Assembly: GCA_038210985.1 (NCBI GenBank) | Contig: JBBQWB010000002.1 | Location: 499-64,498 of the forward strand | Direction: 5' to 3' | Source: Bacteroidales bacterium | Lineage (GTDB): Bacteria > Bacteroidota > Bacteroidia > Bacteroidales > WCHB1-69 | DNA length: 64,000 nucleotides | Shown: in pieces, positions 58,377 to 64,000 of the stretch | Position numbering within the stretch: position 1 is the first letter of the stretch | How the letters are laid out: each line of letters starts with the position of its first letter | The notes under the pieces: model-generated | Told to the model about the DNA's origin: nothing | The model's input: only the letters and a program-made list of their open reading frames with translations | Databases searched by the model: none | Translations under genes and position numbers: made by a program

Positions 58377-59417
58377 ATGAGTTACGAAAATAATTTTACA
58401 GTAGATAGATCGGAAGTTGCTTTGACAAAAGAAGATTTTGTAAGCGACCAAATGGTTAAGTGGTGTGCTGGATGCGGTGCCCACGCTATTCTTTCATCCG
58501 TAGCAAAAGTATTTCCCGAAATAGGATACAAAAAAGAAAATTTTTGTATGATTTCTGGAATTGGCTGCTCATCTCGTTTTCCATACTATGTTAACACCTA
58601 TGGATTTCATGGAATTCACGGTAGAGCAAACGTAATTGCATCCGGTGTTAAAATTTCAAATCCTCATTTGAGTGTTTGGATTGCAACTGGCGATGGCGAC
58701 TCAATGGCTATTGGTGGAAATCATTTTATTCATATTATTCGTCGTAATATCGACGTTAATATTATGCTTTTTAACAATCAAATTTATGGGTTAACAAAAG
58801 GACAATATTCTCCAACATCTCCTATGGGATCTGTTACAAAAACATCTCCTTATGGAACCATTGAACACCCATTTAACCCAGGCGAATTAGTACTTGGTGC
58901 ACAAGGAACATTTTTTGCAAGAACGCTAGACACTAAGCCTAAACACATGACCGAAGTTATGTTTGAAGCGGCTCGTCACGATGGAACATCGGTAGTTGAA
59001 ATTCTTCAAAATTGTGTCATTTTTAACGACGACACGCACAAACAAGTAACCGACAGAGAATTAAAAGACGACCACCAACTTATTCTGAAACATGGCGAAC
59101 CTATGATTTTCGGTAAAGAGAAAAACAAAGGTATCATACTTGGTCAAGTTGGTTTAAAAGTAGCTACAATTGGCGAAGATGGAATTACTGAACAGGATAT
59201 TTTAGTTCACGATATGTACTCAAAAGACCCTGGTATTCACTTAATGCTTGCTAAATTGAATCCTCCTTTGTTTCCAATGGCTTTTGGTGTAATTCGTGCA
59301 GCTACGTTTCCAACGTACGACGATTTAGTTGTGGAACAAATTGAGCACGCTAAAGCTACAAGCAAAATCCAATGTGTGGATGACTTGTTGAACAGTGGCG
59401 ATACTTGGGAAATTTAA
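58377..59417 (+). CDS. korB: 2-oxoglutarate/2-oxoacid:ferredoxin oxidoreductase subunit beta (TPP-binding)
   Basis: WCAGCGAHAIL, GIGCSSRFPYY, TGDGDSMAIGGNHFIH. Confidence 0.9.
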   Translation: MSYENNFTVDRSEVALTKEDFVSDQMVKWCAGCGAHAILSSVAKVFPEIGYKKENFCMISGIGCSSRFPYYVNTYGFHGIHGRANVIASGVKISNPHLSVWIATGDGDSMAIGGNHFIHIIRRNIDVNIMLFNNQIYGLTKGQYSPTSPMGSVTKTSPYGTIEHPFNPGELVLGAQGTFFARTLDTKPKHMTEVMFEAARHDGTSVVEILQNCVIFNDDTHKQVTDRELKDDHQLILKHGEPMIFGKEKNKGIILGQVGLKVATIGEDGITEQDILVHDMYSKDPGIHLMLAKLNPPLFPMAFGVIRAATFPTYDDLVVEQIEHAKATSKIQCVDDLLNSGDTWEI

Positions 59418-59440
59418 TTTTCTTGAAAATCAAACAAAAA

Positions 59441-59473
59441 AGAGGCTGTCAGTTAAGACAGCCTCTTTTTTTT
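59441..59473. terminator. Bidirectional rho-independent terminator between korB and groEL
   Basis: agaggctgtc-agttaa-gacagcctct, flanked by an A-run and a T-run. Confidence 0.8.
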
Positions 59474-59494
59474 ATAAAACGATTTGGTGAATTT

Positions 59495-61159
<1,665 letters not shown>

Positions 61160-61166
61160 TTAATAA

Positions 61167-61445
61167 TTAAATTACTGCATAAATATCCGATTCTTTCATA
61201 ATGAGTAAATCTTTACCATCAATACTTATTTCGGTCCCTGAGTATTTTCCATAGAGTACTTTATCTCCAACTTTAAGGGTAACTGGTTCATCTTTTTTAC
61301 CAGGTCCAATTGCTAAAACGATTCCTTTTTGTGGTTTCTCTTTTGCGGTATCAGGAATAATGATTCCACCCGATGTTTTTTGTTCTGCTGCAGCAGGTTC
61401 TACTATAACTCTGTCTGCCAATGGTTTAATGTTTAATTCTGCCAT
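61167..61445 (-). CDS. groS: Co-chaperonin GroES
   Basis: [12 protein letters not shown]...[19 protein letters not shown]. Length 92 aa. Directly upstream of groEL. Confidence 0.97.
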   Translation of the reverse strand: MAELNIKPLADRVIVEPAAAEQKTSGGIIIPDTAKEKPQKGIVLAIGPGKKDEPVTLKVGDKVLYGKYSGTEISIDGKDLLIMKESDIYAVI

Positions 61446-61663
61446 AAACGTATATTTTTATTTGATTATTAATTAATTTTTTTTCAATGTCGCTTTTCTG
61501 TCGAATTTTATGCCAAAAGATGATTCCTGCCATTTTTGCTAGTTTACAACATTAAATGAGAATGATATAATAAAGTGGTGTCATTTTGTCAGTCTTTATT
61601 TATTGCTTTAAAGCTAAAATCAAATTTGTTTTTAGCTTTTTACGGAATAATTACGTAGCTAAA

Positions 61664-62893
61664 TTACTTTTTATCTGAAATTTGTAGACGTTTGGTTAAT
61701 CGTTTTACTGGTAAAATTGTGGATACCAAACCTAACAGTATAACTATGATTAACACCATCAAAAAATCAAATATATTCATCTTAACAGGATAAATATTAA
61801 GCACATAACTTGCGTTTTCGGAACCAATTTTTATCAGTCCGAATGTTTGTTGAATAAAACATAAAATTGCCCCTAATATCAAACCAATAATTCCTCCAGC
61901 GAAATTCAATAAAAAGCCTTCCCATAAAAAAATATTATGAATTAATTTGCTGTCGGCTCCCATGTTTAAAAGAATTACGATATCATCTTTTTTATCTAAT
62001 ATCAGCATTGCCAGAGTTCCAACGATATTAAACATTGCCAAAACAAGAATAAAAGTAAGAATAGCATAAATTGCCGATTTTTCGGATTGCATTACCTTAA
62101 AAAGCATTTCTTCTTGCTGATATTTGGTTTTAACGGTGTATTTTTCACCCAGTAGTTGTTGTGTTTTTTTTTGAATATTTTCGGTTTTGTACGATGGTTT
62201 AATAAATATCTCAACGCTACTTATTTTATCGGGATAATCCATTAAAGATTGAGCATAGCGAAGAGGTACAAAAACATATTCGGCATCGTAATCGGTTTGA
62301 ACCGAAAAAACTCCCGATGGAACAATGGAAGTTGAAATAAAAGCATTTAAAGGGTCGGTGAGATTTTTCGATGTTCTTCGTGGATAGTATGTTTTTAGGG
62401 TTTTAAACTGCGAAAGATTTAAGCCTAAATGGTATGCTACTCCAGCACCCAAAATCACATAATCGATTTCACCTTGTTGCAATAAAAACTTTCCATCTAT
62501 AATTAAGGTGTCAAAGCAATTATCTCGTCCATAATTTTCGTCCACACCTTTTAATTTTGCTAAAAATTGTTTGTCGTCGTAGCTAATTAGGGCAATGTCT
62601 TCCAAAACAGCTGAGGTGGAGCTTATGCCTTCAATTTGTTTTACTTTGTCGAACGGAAATGTACTTTGCTCAAATACTTTGCCTTTAACCGAGCTTACTA
62701 ATAAATCAGAATTAAATGAGTTAAAGTAGTTTACAATAAGCGATTCGAACCCATTAAATACAGATAAAACTAAAATTAGCGACATCGTACAAAACACTAT
62801 TCCCAAAAAAGAAATTGCCGAAATAATATGAATTATATTATGCGATTTTTTTGAAATTAAATACCGTTTTGCTATAAAAAATGCTGTATTCAA
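61664..62893 (-). CDS. FtsX-like ABC transporter permease (LolC/LolE-type)
   Basis: FIAKRYLISKK N-terminus, a large periplasmic loop, and three C-terminal TM helices. Confidence 0.8.
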   Translation of the reverse strand: MNTAFFIAKRYLISKKSHNIIHIISAISFLGIVFCTMSLILVLSVFNGFESLIVNYFNSFNSDLLVSSVKGKVFEQSTFPFDKVKQIEGISSTSAVLEDIALISYDDKQFLAKLKGVDENYGRDNCFDTLIIDGKFLLQQGEIDYVILGAGVAYHLGLNLSQFKTLKTYYPRRTSKNLTDPLNAFISTSIVPSGVFSVQTDYDAEYVFVPLRYAQSLMDYPDKISSVEIFIKPSYKTENIQKKTQQLLGEKYTVKTKYQQEEMLFKVMQSEKSAIYAILTFILVLAMFNIVGTLAMLILDKKDDIVILLNMGADSKLIHNIFLWEGFLLNFAGGIIGLILGAILCFIQQTFGLIKIGSENASYVLNIYPVKMNIFDFLMVLIIVILLGLVSTILPVKRLTKRLQISDKK

Positions 62894-62901
62894 TTTTTGA
62901 T

Positions 62902-63708
62902 TTATTTGAAAGCTTTAACAATTAATCCAGTTCCTTTTTTTTGATTAGTATTCGTATCGATGCAATTTAAAACACAACACCAAGGGAAAAATGTTAGATA
63001 CCAAAAGGGAATTACAAATAAGAACAATTTACTAATATTTAAAAGTTGAATGGGGTATTTCATCGAAAACCTCCACGAAATGGATCCCCAGATACCGTAC
63101 GAATATTTTGCAATTACTTTTGAAAAACCAGCTTTGGTGAGTTTTTCGGTAATATCTTCAATGCTGTATCCATCGCGAACATGTTCGCCAATAAACGATT
63201 CTTCGTCGTGGTCGTGAACATCCGAACCACCTAAATTAGAAGGAGTTGAAATGAGTAACATCCCACCATCTTTCATAGAAGCATGAAAATTTTCAAATAC
63301 TTTGCAATCCTCTTCTATGTGTTCCATTACATCCACCGATAAAACAAAATCGTATGTATTTGGTAAAATATATTCGGTTAAATCACCCAATTCAAATTTC
63401 ACGTTTGGACGATTAATTTTGGTGAAAAACTGATTACAATCATCAATTTGCTCTTCTTTTACATCTATTCCTGTAATTTTTGCGTTTTCGCATAAATTAG
63501 ATAAAAAATAGTCGTATTGACCAAAGCCACTGCCAGCATCTAAAATAGATACTTCAGCTGTGCGATTTGAAAAATACTTTCGACTCTCTTTTTTAATATG
63601 CCACGATCGTAAAAGGAGTAAATCCAAAAGTTTATAAAATAGTTTACGCAACATTGGTGTTCGGTTAAAAGCACTGCCAAGCGAACGTTTAATTGGATCG
63701 TACTGCAT
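62902..63708 (-). CDS. Class I SAM-dependent methyltransferase with a hydrophobic C-terminal tail
   Basis: ILDAGSGFGQY motif I, acidic DV after beta-2, DFVLSVDVMEHI. C-terminal LFLFVIPFWYLTFFPWCCVL. Confidence 0.75.
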   Translation of the reverse strand: MQYDPIKRSLGSAFNRTPMLRKLFYKLLDLLLLRSWHIKKESRKYFSNRTAEVSILDAGSGFGQYDYFLSNLCENAKITGIDVKEEQIDDCNQFFTKINRPNVKFELGDLTEYILPNTYDFVLSVDVMEHIEEDCKVFENFHASMKDGGMLLISTPSNLGGSDVHDHDEESFIGEHVRDGYSIEDITEKLTKAGFSKVIAKYSYGIWGSISWRFSMKYPIQLLNISKLFLFVIPFWYLTFFPWCCVLNCIDTNTNQKKGTGLIVKAFK

Positions 63709-63711
63709 CGT

Positions 63712-64000
63712 TTATTGTTTTAGAAGTTCGTTAATTCGGTCTAATTTATCAAGGGTTTCATCGTTATAAAACTCCAAATGAGGAACAATCCGAAGTTGGT
63801 TTTTAACGATATTTCCTAGTAAAAAACGAATTTCTTTTTGTTTTGTTTTAAGGCTTGCAATTATTTCTTCTTTATTGGCTTTACCAAATATGCTCACATA
63901 TATTCGAGCAATGGATAAATCCTTTGTAATTGACACCTGGGTTATTGTAACCATTGAGCCGTTAATCATCGAAAATCCTTCTTTGAGAAATATTGAAGAC
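63712..64000 (-). CDS. rbfA: Ribosome-binding factor A, 5' end beyond the window
   Basis: VTITQVSITKDLSIARIYVSIFG...LRIVPHLEFYNDETLD. The frame stays open upstream of the ORF-track Met (SSIFLKEGFS...) to the window edge. Confidence 0.8.
   Translation of the reverse strand, partial: SSIFLKEGFSMINGSMVTITQVSITKDLSIARIYVSIFGKANKEEIIASLKTKQKEIRFLLGNIVKNQLRIVPHLEFYNDETLDKLDRINELLKQ

Noticed and set aside
61446-61663. Expected heat-shock operator (CIRCE) or other recognisable control element upstream of groES
   Set aside because: No TTAGCACTC-N9-GAGTGCTAA-like inverted repeat is present. Nothing else could be supported by eye.

Overview
This is a low-GC Bacteroidota chromosomal segment. All homology calls rest on motifs read by eye from the ORF translations, not on database searches.

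Gene content:
- The window opens inside a Type IX secretion (T9SS) cargo locus. Two giant paralogous adhesin-like proteins with type B (CHU_C/gliding) C-terminal sorting domains flank a single PorP/SprF gene (2-10303).
- Housekeeping synteny typical of the phylum follows:
  - bamD-rpoZ-coaBC-DUF4835-recN
  - DUF2520-kdsC-ubiA-like-maf
  - efp-lpxD
  - nfo, nadK, an Omp85-like protein and a CBS protein
  - uvrB, then EEP-rhomboid-rhomboid-mutL
  - korAB, groES/groEL, lolE-like, rbfA
- Accessory or less ordinary content:
  - a TonB-dependent receptor preceded by a long inverted repeat
  - a T9SS-secreted polyglycine-run protein
  - a cobalamin-riboswitch-controlled ABC importer whose operon is split by a repeat element flanked by a 17-bp duplication
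  - a T9SS-secreted CocE/NonD hydrolase
  - B12-dependent methylmalonyl-CoA mutase (mutAB)
  - an AT-rich two-gene islet bracketed by REP-like hairpins
  - an NtrC-type regulator with a degenerate GAFTGA loop
  - an ECF sigma factor paired with a membrane-anchored partner carrying a T9SS type B C-terminal domain

I saw no rRNA, tRNA, CRISPR array, transposase, integrase or phage genes.

No obvious multi-gene novel system (for example a defence island) is visible. The most unusual candidates are:
- the ECF sigma/anti-sigma-like protein with a T9SS domain
- the polyglycine T9SS cargo
- the unassigned Cys-framed 100-residue module in the adhesins
- several families of structured intergenic repeats
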